This document shows, piece after piece, positions 9,589-19,061 of a stretch of DNA of 35,805 nucleotides. A program made the translations under genes and the position numbers. Each line of letters opens with the position of its first letter. Within the stretch, counting starts at the first letter, position 1. This DNA comes from Acutalibacteraceae bacterium. GTDB taxonomy: Bacteria; Bacillota; Clostridia; Oscillospirales; Acutalibacteraceae. The notes beneath the pieces are model-generated. The model did no database searches. It saw only the letters and a program-made list of their open reading frames with translations, and was not told where the DNA came from. The stretch is from contig JAZQJR010000157.1 in NCBI GenBank assembly GCA_045541715.1, positions 1 to 35,805 on the forward strand, read 5' to 3'.

Positions 9589-10602
9589 CTATAATTTCCA
9601 CTCAAAAACCGTCTTGAACATCGTGCCGGCATCCTCGGCGAACACCCGATGTATGTCGTCGATGCTCCCGACCGCTGCCGCCTCGTGCACGATGGCCGAC
9701 AATCTGTGCTGAAAATCTTTATTTCGCAAGAACTCAACAGCCTTCTCGAAATCAGCCCGTCCCGAGCGGCTGCAGCCGAGCATCGTCAAACCCTTCTCGA
9801 GAATATCGCGCGTATTGATCGCGACCTTATCCTCGCTCACGCCCAGCAGCACAACCGTCCCTTGCGGATTGATGTGCCGAATGATGTCGTTTATTGCGTA
9901 GAAGCTGCCCTGCGAGCCCACGCACTCAAAGGCATGGTCTATGCGCAAAGTTTCGGGCAGCTCGTCGATCAAGTAAGTATCGTCCGCGAAGGAAAAATAG
10001 GATAATTTCGCGCGATTCTTGCCAACAACAACAATTTTCGCATTTTTGTGCGCATTCTTCAAGATGCACGCCACCACGTAGGCCAGGCTGCCGTCGCCCC
10101 ACACCGCGAGGGTGTCGCGATACTGATGCGCGCACCGGGCGAAGCGGCTAGCCGCGTGCATGCCGACACTCACGAACTCGCAAATGGCCGCCACTTGCAA
10201 AGGAACATCCTCAAAGGGCACAAGGCGATCACTCGGCATCGCGATAAATTCTTGCATAAAGCCGTCGTAACCGCTGGACAAGAACCTCGCACCCCTCGAG
10301 TAATTTTCGTACTCGCCATCGCGAACAACGCCCGGCACATTGGGAATCATAACGACATTTTGGCCGACCTTAAAGGTGCCAGACTTATCGTAGACGACCT
10401 CGCCGCAACACTCGTGGATGAGCGCCATGGGAAGTTTTTGTCGCAAGATAGACGCGTCACGTTGGCCAAGGTAATAGCGCTGATCAGCGTGACAAAGGGC
10501 CATATAACGCGGCTTGACGATGACTCCAGCGTCGAGGGCGATGTCGGAGAACTGCACGGAGAACGCGCGCGGGTGCACCAGCTGATATGTGCAGCTAATC
10601 AA
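9589..10602 (-). CDS. tarJ: Ribulose-5-phosphate reductase (zinc alcohol dehydrogenase family, TarJ-like)
   Basis: YQLVHPRAFSV...VKPRYMALCHADQRYY and HECCGEV resemble TarJ. It sits immediately downstream of tarI. The start was trimmed to the TTG at 10602, which has GGAGGG 7 nt upstream; the ORF track start is 10617. Confidence 0.75.
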   Translation of the reverse strand: MISCTYQLVHPRAFSVQFSDIALDAGVIVKPRYMALCHADQRYYLGQRDASILRQKLPMALIHECCGEVVYDKSGTFKVGQNVVMIPNVPGVVRDGEYENYSRGARFLSSGYDGFMQEFIAMPSDRLVPFEDVPLQVAAICEFVSVGMHAASRFARCAHQYRDTLAVWGDGSLAYVVACILKNAHKNAKIVVVGKNRAKLSYFSFADDTYLIDELPETLRIDHAFECVGSQGSFYAINDIIRHINPQGTVVLLGVSEDKVAINTRDILEKGLTMLGCSRSGRADFEKAVEFLRNKDFQHRLSAIVHEAAAVGSIDDIHRVFAEDAGTMFKTVFEWKL

Positions 10603-11308
10603 CGTGCAGCCCTCCAACCATCGCCTGCGCGATTTTGTAGTCCGATACGGTCGTTATTTTGAAGTTTGAAACGGAACCCTCGACCAAATGCACCGGATAA
10701 TTCCGCACAACGCAAATCGTGCACGCGTCGGTCAATGTGGCCTTTTCCTCGTCGCTCAGGTCGTTATACAAGTCGCTCAGCAAGTTGACCTTAAAGCTCT
10801 GCGGCGTCTGCCCTTGATACATGAACTTCCGGTTCGGCACGCTAGAAATCACGCGGCCGTTTTCCGACATCACGATGGTGTCCGTTGCACCGACCACGGT
10901 ATCGCACGCACCAAAGTTCAGAGCCGCGTCGATGTTTTCCTCGATGATTTTGCTCGTCACAAACGGCCGCACCGAGTCGTGCGTCACAATAATGTTATCA
11001 TCGTCGTCGCCGTAGGTTTCCTTAATATGGTTAATAATGTTAAAAAGCGTGCTGTTTCTGTCGGTACCGCCGGGCACGCAAATGAGCCGCTCGGTGTCCA
11101 AGTTGTACTTCTCGAGCAAGTCGCGCATATGCAAAACCCAATCCGGATGCACGCCTATGTAAATCTTGTCGAAACGCGAACACATCAAAAATTTCTCAAC
11201 CGAGTGGATAACGATCGGCTTGCTGCCGAGCATTAGAAATTGTTTCGGCATGTCTGCCATGTTCATTCTCGAGCCGATACCGCCGGCCAAAACTGCGCCA
11301 AAAATCAT
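10595..11308 (-). CDS. tarI: D-ribitol-5-phosphate cytidylyltransferase (IspD/TarI family)
   Basis: N-terminal [40 protein letters not shown] closely resembles the TarI N-terminus. Confidence 0.8.
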   Translation of the reverse strand: MIFGAVLAGGIGSRMNMADMPKQFLMLGSKPIVIHSVEKFLMCSRFDKIYIGVHPDWVLHMRDLLEKYNLDTERLICVPGGTDRNSTLFNIINHIKETYGDDDDNIIVTHDSVRPFVTSKIIEENIDAALNFGACDTVVGATDTIVMSENGRVISSVPNRKFMYQGQTPQSFKVNLLSDLYNDLSDEEKATLTDACTICVVRNYPVHLVEGSVSNFKITTVSDYKIAQAMVGGLHVD

Positions 11309-12186
11309 TTATTTTCACCTCTGCAATAATATACACCTTTGTATTTTTCGTAGCCGTTCTCCAAGTCGCAAAACACCGCATCGTGGTGCGGCGCGCGCTT
11401 CTCCTCGGGCGGCAGCCGCATGTAGTCGCCGAAGGCCGTCCGCAAATAGTCATCGTAGCCCTTTGGAATCGGCATCAACTCGCCCTCGAACACCACCTCA
11501 AGCGCCTCCTCGAAAGCCGCCTTCGGATATTTTTTGCGCATATAGTATGGCCCCGAGCAAAGCTCTGTAATGTTGTCACAGTCACAAATTTTGTGCTTGG
11601 ACATTTTTTTCTCGGCGAAGTGCCAAATTTTATAGCGCATTTTTTTACTCGGCACGCAACTAAGTAGAATCTTGCCCAAAATATTGACAACTTTTCCGTG
11701 GTTCGTCGGAGGTATCTGCGCACAAAAGATTGAATAAACGAGCGCCCAAAAGACTTGACAAGTGCGGGCAAATTTCGAGTTAGGATAGCCATCGAGCGGC
11801 AATATATCCAGCCTAAGGCCTTGGTTAATGTCGAGGTCTACCTGCAGCGTCTTTATGAAGGTCGTGCGGTTATCGTTTATCGTCGCGAATAAATTTCGAT
11901 AGTAGTGGTCCTCATCAGGCCTGCAGTAGGCGTAGCTGCTCGTGTCGTCCTTTTCGGCCCACAAGGCTCCCAATCTTTCGTAGTCATCCCTCGGCATAAA
12001 CACATCGAGATCGTCGTCCCACGGAATGAACCCCTTGTGCCGCACCGCGCCGATGCAGCCGCCTCCACAGAGGAAAAATTTTAGGTCGTTCGCTTTGCAA
12101 AAGTCTCTAAAATATAGCGCCATTTCTAGGCTCTTTAGCTGCAACTTGCGCAATTCGTCACTTGAAAACTCATATTTTTGTTCCAT
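11305..12186 (-). CDS. licD: LicD-family phosphotransferase (probable ribitol-phosphate transferase)
   Basis: The motif [32 protein letters not shown] is typical of LicD nucleotidyltransferase-fold enzymes. The gene overlaps tarI by 4 nt and so is probably translationally coupled. Confidence 0.8.
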   Translation of the reverse strand: MEQKYEFSSDELRKLQLKSLEMALYFRDFCKANDLKFFLCGGGCIGAVRHKGFIPWDDDLDVFMPRDDYERLGALWAEKDDTSSYAYCRPDEDHYYRNLFATINDNRTTFIKTLQVDLDINQGLRLDILPLDGYPNSKFARTCQVFWALVYSIFCAQIPPTNHGKVVNILGKILLSCVPSKKMRYKIWHFAEKKMSKHKICDCDNITELCSGPYYMRKKYPKAAFEEALEVVFEGELMPIPKGYDDYLRTAFGDYMRLPPEEKRAPHHDAVFCDLENGYEKYKGVYYCRGENK

Positions 12187-13188
12187 CTAGAAATCAGTTC
12201 TCCAAAATTTGAAAATTCCGCACAAAAAGCCCAGCCCATAAGCCGTATGTAAAATAAAGTGCACCCAAACCAGCCGCAGCTTGTCAGCGAACGACGTCAC
12301 ACGCGCGTTCTTGAGCGAAAAATACAGGCTCAAAGCAAAGTAAAGCAGCAAAACGAGCGACGAAATATCATCCGCCAGCTTGCTAAAGTACGATAAAATC
12401 GAGCTCAAAATGAGGAACGCTACGAACGCGGCCGGCACCAAGTGTGACAAACGCGCTGGCTTCTTGTGCTTTTTTACCACGGCGACCTTCCAAAAGCCAT
12501 ACCGAAAATATTGCTTAAAAAGCGCCGGATAAGAGGCTCGCGGGTAGTAAACGCTCTTGATTTTCGGCGTGATGAACACCTTTCCGCCACTCTCCACGAG
12601 GCGAAAATTCAGGTCGTCATCCTCATTACAAGGCAGGCGCTCGTCGTACAAGCCCAGCTTCAACAATATCTCGCGCCGAAAAGCTCCCAAATAAACGGTA
12701 TCAGCGTAACCTTCATAGTCTTCGTCGTGGAACTTTCCTCCTCCGAGTGCAAAAGGGCTATGGTAAGCGGCAGCCACTACGCATTGAATTGGAGTTTTAC
12801 CTCTTGCAATCATCGGCCCACCGACATTTTCAGCACAAGTTTTTTCAAGGTACTCAACGCATCTTAAGATATAATCATCTGCATATTCAGAGTGTGCATC
12901 CATTCGGACAATGTACTCCCCCTCCGCGTTTTTTATCCCGATGTTTAGCGCGTGTTGAACCGTTCGCTGCGGATTTTTTAATAACTTTATGAAGTTATAT
13001 TTATTAGCAAAACGCCCTATTATCTCAACCGTTTTGTCCTCCGAGTCGCCGTCAACCAAAATCAGCTCCAGGTCTTCCTTGGAAAAATCCTGTCTCAGCA
13101 CCGACTCTATGCATTTAGCTATGTATTTCTCCTCATTGCGCACCGGCACAACCACCGATACGCGCACTATCCGTTCGTTACCAACCAA
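12187..13188 (-). CDS. Family 2 glycosyltransferase with C-terminal transmembrane helices (ExoA-like architecture)
   Basis: VSVVVPVRNEEKYIAKCIESVLRQDFSKEDLELILVDGDSED, followed by C-terminal hydrophobic helices. It is the first gene of the operon. Confidence 0.8.
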   Translation of the reverse strand: MVGNERIVRVSVVVPVRNEEKYIAKCIESVLRQDFSKEDLELILVDGDSEDKTVEIIGRFANKYNFIKLLKNPQRTVQHALNIGIKNAEGEYIVRMDAHSEYADDYILRCVEYLEKTCAENVGGPMIARGKTPIQCVVAAAYHSPFALGGGKFHDEDYEGYADTVYLGAFRREILLKLGLYDERLPCNEDDDLNFRLVESGGKVFITPKIKSVYYPRASYPALFKQYFRYGFWKVAVVKKHKKPARLSHLVPAAFVAFLILSSILSYFSKLADDISSLVLLLYFALSLYFSLKNARVTSFADKLRLVWVHFILHTAYGLGFLCGIFKFWRTDF

Positions 13189-13231
13189 TTTATTAATTGC
13201 TCCTCAAAAATCTTCACATAAATTAATCTTC

Positions 13232-13260
13232 ATTATAGCAAACTCGCGTAGTAATGTAAA
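13232..13260 (-). promoter_or_regulatory. Sigma-A type promoter of the glycan operon
   Basis: On the minus strand: TTTACA (13255..13260), 17 nt spacer, TGcTATAAT (-10 at 13232..13237). It lies about 45 nt upstream of the first GT2 gene. Confidence 0.65.
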
Positions 13261-13287
13261 ACTAAATGCAGGCAGTGCACAAATAAA

Positions 13288-13380
13288 GGGAAGTGTTGAT
13301 CAAACAATTATTTCGACAGATTTATTGACATGAAAGGCCGCATAAAGGAACATCGTCAAATCAGTCATTTCGATAGAACA
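13288..13380 (-). mobile_element. IS1-family right-end fragment
   Basis: gggaagtgttgatcaaacaattatttcgacagatttattgacatgaaaggccgcataaaggaacatcg matches the right-end segments at 35072.., 4470..4548 and 18160..18245. Confidence 0.7.
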
Positions 13381-13425
13381 GGAAGGTTCCAGTGACAGCC
13401 AAAACGGTTGTCACTTTGTTTTTTG

Positions 13426-14391
13426 CTACTTGAAATTGTAAAAATCATCCTCGAACCAAACCTTTGGCGCAACGAACTCTTTGCCGTTAAGGTAGTCGAG
13501 GACTCCCGCTGGCGTCGCGAAATCAAACCTTAGCTTGTGCGAGTAAAGTGCCTGCCACTTGTAGTTTTTCTCCTTGTTGAGCGAGTTTTTGCCGTACTTG
13601 CTGTCGCCGAGGAGCGGGTGCCCGAGGAATGCCATGTGCGCTCGAATTTGATGTGTCCGGCCGGTTAGTAGCTCAACCTCAAGTAAGCTAAAGCCCCCTC
13701 TTTCAGCGATAACCCGATATTTTGTCTTTATCGTTTTGGTGTTTTCACGTGGCTGAGAATGAATATAAACCCGGTTTTGCTTTTCATTTTTCTCGAGATA
13801 GGCCGTTAAAGTATCGTCTTTTTTCTTGAAGGTCGAATGCACGATGCAAAGATAAAATTTTTTTAGCTCGCGAGCCTTCATTTTTTGATTTAAAATCCGC
13901 AAACTTTCGGCGTTCTTGGCTGCGATGACGATGCCGCCGGTGTTTCGGTCTATGCGGTTTATAAGGGCCGGCACAAAGGAGTTTTCCTCGCGCGGATTGA
14001 ACTCGCCCTTCTTGTAAAGATAGTGCTGGATGCGCGCAATCAGCGAGTCGAAGTGGTAATTCTCGTCCGGGTGCACGATGAGCCCCGGCTTCTTGTTTAC
14101 GAGCAAGATATTCTCGTCCTCGTAGATGATGTCGAGGTTGCTCGGCGCCTTGAGAAAGTCATACTCGTCGAAGCTTGTCTCGAGGAATTCGTCCTTTATG
14201 TAGAGCGTCAAAATATCGCCATCGAGTAGCTTTGTGTCAGGCTTGCAGCGCTTCGAGTTTATCTTGATGTCCTTTTTGCGTATGGCTTTATACATTAACG
14301 ACGCCGGTAGGTTCTTAAAGGTTTTCGTCAAGAATTTATCTACGCGTTGGCCGGCGTCATTCTTATTTATTTTAAGCTCTTTCATCGTCAA
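13426..14391 (-). CDS. RluA-family 23S rRNA/tRNA pseudouridine synthase with N-terminal S4 domain
   Basis: Catalytic motif NRIDRNTGGIVIAAKN and GRTHQIRAHMAFLGHPLLGDSKYG. The S4-like N-terminus is RVDKFLTK. Confidence 0.85.
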   Translation of the reverse strand: MTMKELKINKNDAGQRVDKFLTKTFKNLPASLMYKAIRKKDIKINSKRCKPDTKLLDGDILTLYIKDEFLETSFDEYDFLKAPSNLDIIYEDENILLVNKKPGLIVHPDENYHFDSLIARIQHYLYKKGEFNPREENSFVPALINRIDRNTGGIVIAAKNAESLRILNQKMKARELKKFYLCIVHSTFKKKDDTLTAYLEKNEKQNRVYIHSQPRENTKTIKTKYRVIAERGGFSLLEVELLTGRTHQIRAHMAFLGHPLLGDSKYGKNSLNKEKNYKWQALYSHKLRFDFATPAGVLDYLNGKEFVAPKVWFEDDFYNFK

Positions 14392-14421
14392 ATGGGCTCC
14401 TTTTTCGCTAATTTTATCATT

Positions 14422-15288
14422 AGCCCTCTTTCGAAATTAAGAGAGTTGTTCAAAATTGCAAATACCAGCGATCAAAGAAAAACATAGAGAAAAGCGTTCC
14501 CTTCTGTTGCGATAGCGATCTGAAATAATCCAGAATCGCTTAAGTAAGGCGAGCACACGCTCAACAGCGATACGTTTTCTTGAGATATTTCTGTTCTGTT
14601 TTCGGTCTTGCTTCGATAAAGGATGATTTTTGGTAGGCTTTTTCGGCAAAACGGAATTCGCGTGCAACTTTGTTTGTAAGTTTTTGATAGCCACTATCTG
14701 CCGTTAGTTGAGCTCCTGGTTTCAAGTGGATTTGGCTGCTTTTAAATAGTTGGAAATCATTAACTTTCCCTTTTTTCGAACGCCAAGGAAATAATCTCTC
14801 CGATTTCCGTATTTATCAACATTTGAGTTTTTATGATATGACGTTTTTTCTTTCCGGAGTAGTATTTTCTTTGTTTTTTTGGGGATGCTCAATTGGCGTT
14901 TCTGTTGAGTCGACTAAAATCACCTCATATTCTGCTTCGCCTTTAAGCAGCGCCTTTCGGCCTGGCAATGAAATCGTTCCGTCCTTAATCAACGTGTTTT
15001 CTACCCACCGAATTCCTCGATAAATGCTACCTTCCGCGTATGCACAAGTGCGGTATTCTCGCAGGCACTCCAGTGTTGCCAACAGCAAGTCTTCCGTGCT
15101 CAGTTTTGATATTTAACTCTTCATTGATGTTTTCTTGCATATCTTTTTTCTAGAATCTCTACAATTTTTTAAAATGTACTTCGCTTCACTCCTGTAATTC
15201 TACGAAATTTTGCTCCGGAATGGTTCGCTAGTTTTTCCTATTTCATGTCTTATATTTTACTCTGTATGTTTATTTTCGCAAGAGGTCT
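14422..15288 (-). mobile_element. IS5-superfamily (PIF/Harbinger-like, DDE_Tnp_4 type) element, internally deleted pseudogene copy
   Basis: Imperfect terminal inverted repeats agccctctttcgaaattaa / ttattttcgcaagaggtct. The ORF fragments LECLREYRT...LPGRKALLKGEAEYEVILVDSTETPIE and ISRKRIAVERVLALLKRFWIISDRYRNRRERF..LIAGICNFE match this transposase type. Frames are broken. Confidence 0.75.
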
Positions 15289-15835
15289 AATAAAAAAGCA
15301 GCAATATCTGTGCAAAAAAATGCGGGTGCCACTATACGGTAGGCCAGCGCGGCTACCCGGAGCATATCAGACGAAAAGCAATACAGTTGTATTTGGAGGG
15401 AAATGGCTTTAGGAGGATCGAAATAATTCTTAAGGTTAGTCATGTTTCTGTCATAAATTGGGCAAAAAAGTCAGCGCAAAATTAGAGAAAGTTCCTAAAA
15501 GGAATGAAAAAGTCGAGATTTTGGAGCTTGATAAACAAAACACCTTCAAAAACTAACAGATAAAATTAGCCATATTGACGTAAGATTTTAAGCATCTGAC
15601 CATTGGCATGTCTACAATTTCATCGACCCGGCCAAACACCTCACTGGAAAAGCACACACATATAGCGTCGAGCGCATGAATAGGCTTTTGCGTCACTACC
15701 TTGCGAGATTTGTCCGAAAAACCTACTGCTATTCAAAAAGCCTGCAGATGATCAAGTATTCTCTTTTGCTGCGTATGCATATGGATTTTGTTGTGTATAT
15801 GAGGGCTTAGCAACGCCCGGTGTATGCTTGCGGCT
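15289..15835 (+). mobile_element. Second-type IS1-family remnant (frameshifted, internally deleted)
   Basis: Piecing frames together gives CKKCGCHYTVGQRGYPEHIRRKAIQLYLEGNGFRRIE..VSHVSVINWAKK, VEILELD, and a C-terminal H.YSVERMNRLLRHYLARFVRKTYCYSKS-like segment. Several stops are present. Confidence 0.65.
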
Positions 15836-15944
15836 TTTCGCGCTTTATTTTCAAGATTTCAGTCTATTGGTGCAGGCTCTAAAAATGGAAAAACAGAAGT
15901 TTTGAAGTAGGTTTTAACCATTTTTATTTTACTCAAATATTTTG

Positions 15945-15982
15945 TGCAAAAAAGCAGGCACAAATTTATGTGCCTGCTTTTT
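15945..15982 (-). terminator. Rho-independent terminator after the AAA+ gene (hairpin symmetric, possibly bidirectional)
   Basis: Stem gcaggcaca (15954..15962) / tgtgcctgc (15970..15978), flanked by an A-run on one side and a T-run on the other. Confidence 0.8.
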
Positions 15983-15989
15983 AATTTTT

Positions 15990-17561
15990 TTAAGAAGCGA
16001 TTTCCTCTTCGTTTGTTTGTACTATCGATTCTTCTTGAGGTTGAGAGCTTTCCTCCACTCCATTAGCTTTTGCTTCTTGTTTTTGCTCAAGCTGAACTTT
16101 TTTGTTTGGCTCTTCAAGGAAGAACTCGTCTTGTTCTTTATCGAATGAAACCGCAAGCTTAATGCATTTTGACGTGTTATTTAGGTTGTTTAAAACGACT
16201 TCATTAAGCAACTTATCATTCAAGCTTTCAACATAGTTAAAGATTGGACGTGCGCCTCTATTTAGTTCTTCAACTTTTTGAGCGAGGGAGTCTAACGTAT
16301 CGCCAAATGCTAAGTCTATGCCATACTGATGGTGATATCTTGCTGCGAGCTCAGCGAAAGGTCTCATCGCGATTTCTTTATATTCTTTTGCAGAAAGGTT
16401 TTCAAGCTCGATTAACTTTACTCGATTTAAGAAAGACTTGTCATGGCTGATAAACGTACGTGAACCTGTTCCGTCATCATCAAGAGCGATTTCCAAGTTG
16501 CCTTTGTTTGCAGAAGCTGAGCTCTCATTCGAAGTTATGATAAACGTTGCAGCAGAGCAGTCAATCTTTTCGCCGTTTACGTTAATGTAGCCTTGATCCA
16601 TAATTGTTCTCAGTTTCTCGTCAAGATCTGGTGAGTGGACCTTATCGTATTCGTTGATGATTACGACTGTGTTTGGGACGGCCTTGAGTCTTTGGATGAT
16701 TGGCGAGTACTCATAAGTTTCGCCGCCGTTTTGGGTACGCTTAGTTCTCATGCCAAAGAGCTGCTCTACAGGGCTCATTCTAGAACGTCTATCGATGTCG
16801 GAAGCTTCAATAACAAGCGGTGTCGCTCCTGAACCGGCAAGAACTACTCGGCAGATATCCGCGATCATGGTCTTACCAACACCAGACGGTCCAATCATAT
16901 AGATGACGGTTGCGCCAGCGCCAGCTCTTTTCGAGTTATTTCTGAGAGCAAATTGTGAGTTTTTGTCGACAATATTAAGAACGGCTTGTCTAATTGCTTT
17001 TTTGGCTTTTTCTTGACCCTTTACAGATGCTAAATGCATATCCAGCAAATGCATAGAAGTAACTGGGTCAACAGGCTTTTCGACCTTGCCCGCCTCTTTC
17101 TTAGCTTGATAAGATTTATATAAATTTGTCAAGAAAGACCAACCGCCAAAAATCAACAGGGTGTTAAACGCATAGCTATTAAAAATAGATGATAGTCGAC
17201 TACCTAACCAAGATAGCAAACCTCCACCGCCAACTGCATTGGTCGCTTTTTCTACAGCATCTTCAACGAATGCACCGGAATAAGTCTTGCTCAAGCTTTT
17301 TTGCTTTACAGCTAACGTATGTAACGCAGGTAAAGCTTTATTTATAAAATTTTGCCCCTCCGTAGGAGAAAAATAATGCCAAGCCTTTTGGAAAACGTTC
17401 CAATTGCTTTTTTCTTCATTTAAATTATTGTTCAGCATATCAATTTTTGAACAAACAAAATCATTTGGCCCACAATCAGCTTTAGCCACGTTATACAACG
17501 GCAAAAATACTAACGAGAGTGCCAATACACTTGCGGTTACCTTTTTCATATTTCCTTTCAA
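15990..17561 (-). CDS. Membrane-anchored single-domain AAA+ ATPase of the ClpA/B-D2 (AAA_2, torsin-like) clade
   Basis: Sec-type signal peptide (..LYNVAKA|D), a roughly 95-aa segment, and a Gly-rich hydrophobic region (GGGGLLSWLG...LLIFGGWSFLTNLY). Then Walker A GPSGVGKT, Walker B VVIINEYDK, ITSNES, a GARP sensor-2 motif and an acidic tail. The pattern L.GQ..AK..I..AV is as in Clp D2/torsins. Confidence 0.75.
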   Translation of the reverse strand: MKGNMKKVTASVLALSLVFLPLYNVAKADCGPNDFVCSKIDMLNNNLNEEKSNWNVFQKAWHYFSPTEGQNFINKALPALHTLAVKQKSLSKTYSGAFVEDAVEKATNAVGGGGLLSWLGSRLSSIFNSYAFNTLLIFGGWSFLTNLYKSYQAKKEAGKVEKPVDPVTSMHLLDMHLASVKGQEKAKKAIRQAVLNIVDKNSQFALRNNSKRAGAGATVIYMIGPSGVGKTMIADICRVVLAGSGATPLVIEASDIDRRSRMSPVEQLFGMRTKRTQNGGETYEYSPIIQRLKAVPNTVVIINEYDKVHSPDLDEKLRTIMDQGYINVNGEKIDCSAATFIITSNESSASANKGNLEIALDDDGTGSRTFISHDKSFLNRVKLIELENLSAKEYKEIAMRPFAELAARYHHQYGIDLAFGDTLDSLAQKVEELNRGARPIFNYVESLNDKLLNEVVLNNLNNTSKCIKLAVSFDKEQDEFFLEEPNKKVQLEQKQEAKANGVEESSQPQEESIVQTNEEEIAS

Positions 17562-17593
17562 TTTAAAACCTCCTAAAAAATGATTACTATAAA

Positions 17594-17622
17594 ATTATAC
17601 TGTTTTTTATCTAAGCTGTCAA
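17594..17622 (-). promoter_or_regulatory. Consensus sigma-A promoter of the AAA+ gene
   Basis: On the minus strand: TTGACA (17617..17622), 17 nt spacer, TATAAT (17594..17599). AGGAGG follows 7 nt before the TTG start. Confidence 0.75.
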
Positions 17623-17639
17623 TGCGCGACGCCGGTGAA

Positions 17640-18245
17640 TATTTCAAAACAAGCCGCTTGTTTTTTGTGCATTTTTCAACCATGTGCTATTTTAAATTTT
17701 GTTTGCGTGAAATTCTGGGAGTGCCTAAAAGAGAGGCAATGTGATATAAGGATGCCATGGAAAATAAAATTAAATGTCCAAAAGGTGGGAACGAAAAAGC
17801 CTGGAAAGCTAATCCCCCCCTTTTTTATTTGAAACATGGTTTGAGAACAATCTTTTGCCTAAAGTTAAAGATGGAACAGTTGTTGTGATAAACAAAGCTT
17901 TATTTCATCGCAAAAACAGCTTATTCGTGCTATACAAAAGTCCGGTTGCTTCAAATTTTCTTCCGCCCTATTCTCCGAGTTCACTCCTATCGAAAAAATT
18001 TTTTGTTATTGACTTAAACGATATTTGCGTAAATTTCTTTCTTATAAGTCTCTTGAGAGCACTTTGCGTCGGCTTTTCAAGTTGTTTGACTATAACAACT
18101 TTCCGCAATGACACTGGTTTGCAAGATTTAGACGAAAAACATGCTGTGTTTACCGCTCGATCGAAATGATTGATTTAACGATGTTCCTTTATGCGGCCTT
18201 TCGTGTCAATAAATCCGTCGATATAATTATTTGATCAGCGTACCC
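17640..18245 (+). mobile_element. IS1-family remnant (3' part, degenerate)
   Basis: KKFFVIDLNDI.. and the ..LI*RCSFMRPFVSINPSI segment parallel the C-terminus of the copy at 35080..35346. The right end is ttatttgatcagcgtacc. The left boundary is uncertain. Confidence 0.6.
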
Positions 18246-18291
18246 TAAAAATTGTGTCAATGCACGCGAGATTGGCAACACCTAATTTTGC

Positions 18292-18328
18292 ACAAAAAAA
18301 GGCTCCTGAGCGTAATGTTCAGGAGCTG
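18292..18328 (-). terminator. Rho-independent terminator
   Basis: On the minus strand: gctcctgaac-attacg-ctcaggagc followed by cttttttt (A-run 18294..18300 on the plus strand). Confidence 0.8.
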
Positions 18329-18343
18329 GATTTTTCCTTTTAA

Positions 18344-18730
18344 CTACTCTTCTTTGTTCTCACTGATGCAATCGCTATCTTCCTCACTCAGCGTCAGCTC
18401 TATCTCTATCGGCTCGTCAGGCTCGACAAAATCTTCAAACTCGGACAAATTAACCTCGTTTTTTACTTCTTCTAGCTTGCATTTAAGACGCTTGATCTCC
18501 TTTTGAGACGCATCTATTGCGTTGCAAACCTTCTGCATATCGTAGTTCGGAACATCACGCAGCTCGTTATAATAATGTTTGCCGAGCGTGATGTAAGCCT
18601 TAATTATCTCGTTGGATTCCTTCTTGATGAGCTTTTTAATTTTCGTGGTTTTGTTGAATTTTCGATTCTTTTCAACAACAAAATCAACTGCATCATTGAA
18701 TGTTTCACCTAAATTTTTCAAAAATTCCAT
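18344..18730 (-). CDS. Hypothetical small coiled-coil protein with an acidic C-terminus
   Basis: Trimmed to the ATG at 18730, which is preceded by GGAGGG. MEFLKNLGETFNDAVDFVV...LGKHYY resembles a common uncharacterised Firmicutes N-terminal module. Confidence 0.5.
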   Translation of the reverse strand: MEFLKNLGETFNDAVDFVVEKNRKFNKTTKIKKLIKKESNEIIKAYITLGKHYYNELRDVPNYDMQKVCNAIDASQKEIKRLKCKLEEVKNEVNLSEFEDFVEPDEPIEIELTLSEEDSDCISENKEE

Positions 18731-19061
18731 ACTGCACCCTCCGCAAAGATATCTTAAAATCATGATAAAACAAAAAATTTTAAAACTCAATATATAATAT
18801 AAATTTATTTTTGCTTTGTTTGCGCGAAATATAAGCTACAACTTGCAAAAATGAAAATGCACTGCAACTATTTTCAAGGGTATTCTTCGTCAAATCTACG
18901 CTTTTATAAGCAACTTTCACAAAGAACATACTTTTTATTGCAGTGCATCGTCTATTTTCAGCTTACACAAAGCAGCTTTTCAGGGCGTACCAGAGGCCGG
19001 CAAAAAAATCCTTAACTGACTCGAAAAAGATTATAAGATTCCCCAAAAAGCCGAGGTCGTC

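Noticed and set aside
13383-13420. Hairpin gtgacagcc-aaaac-ggttgtcac downstream of the rluA-family gene, considered as its terminator
   Set aside because: The T-run follows the hairpin on the plus strand, not on the minus strand where the gene lies. It may be a terminator for plus-strand read-through from the IS1 fragment or a weak bidirectional one. Support was not sufficient to list it as a feature.
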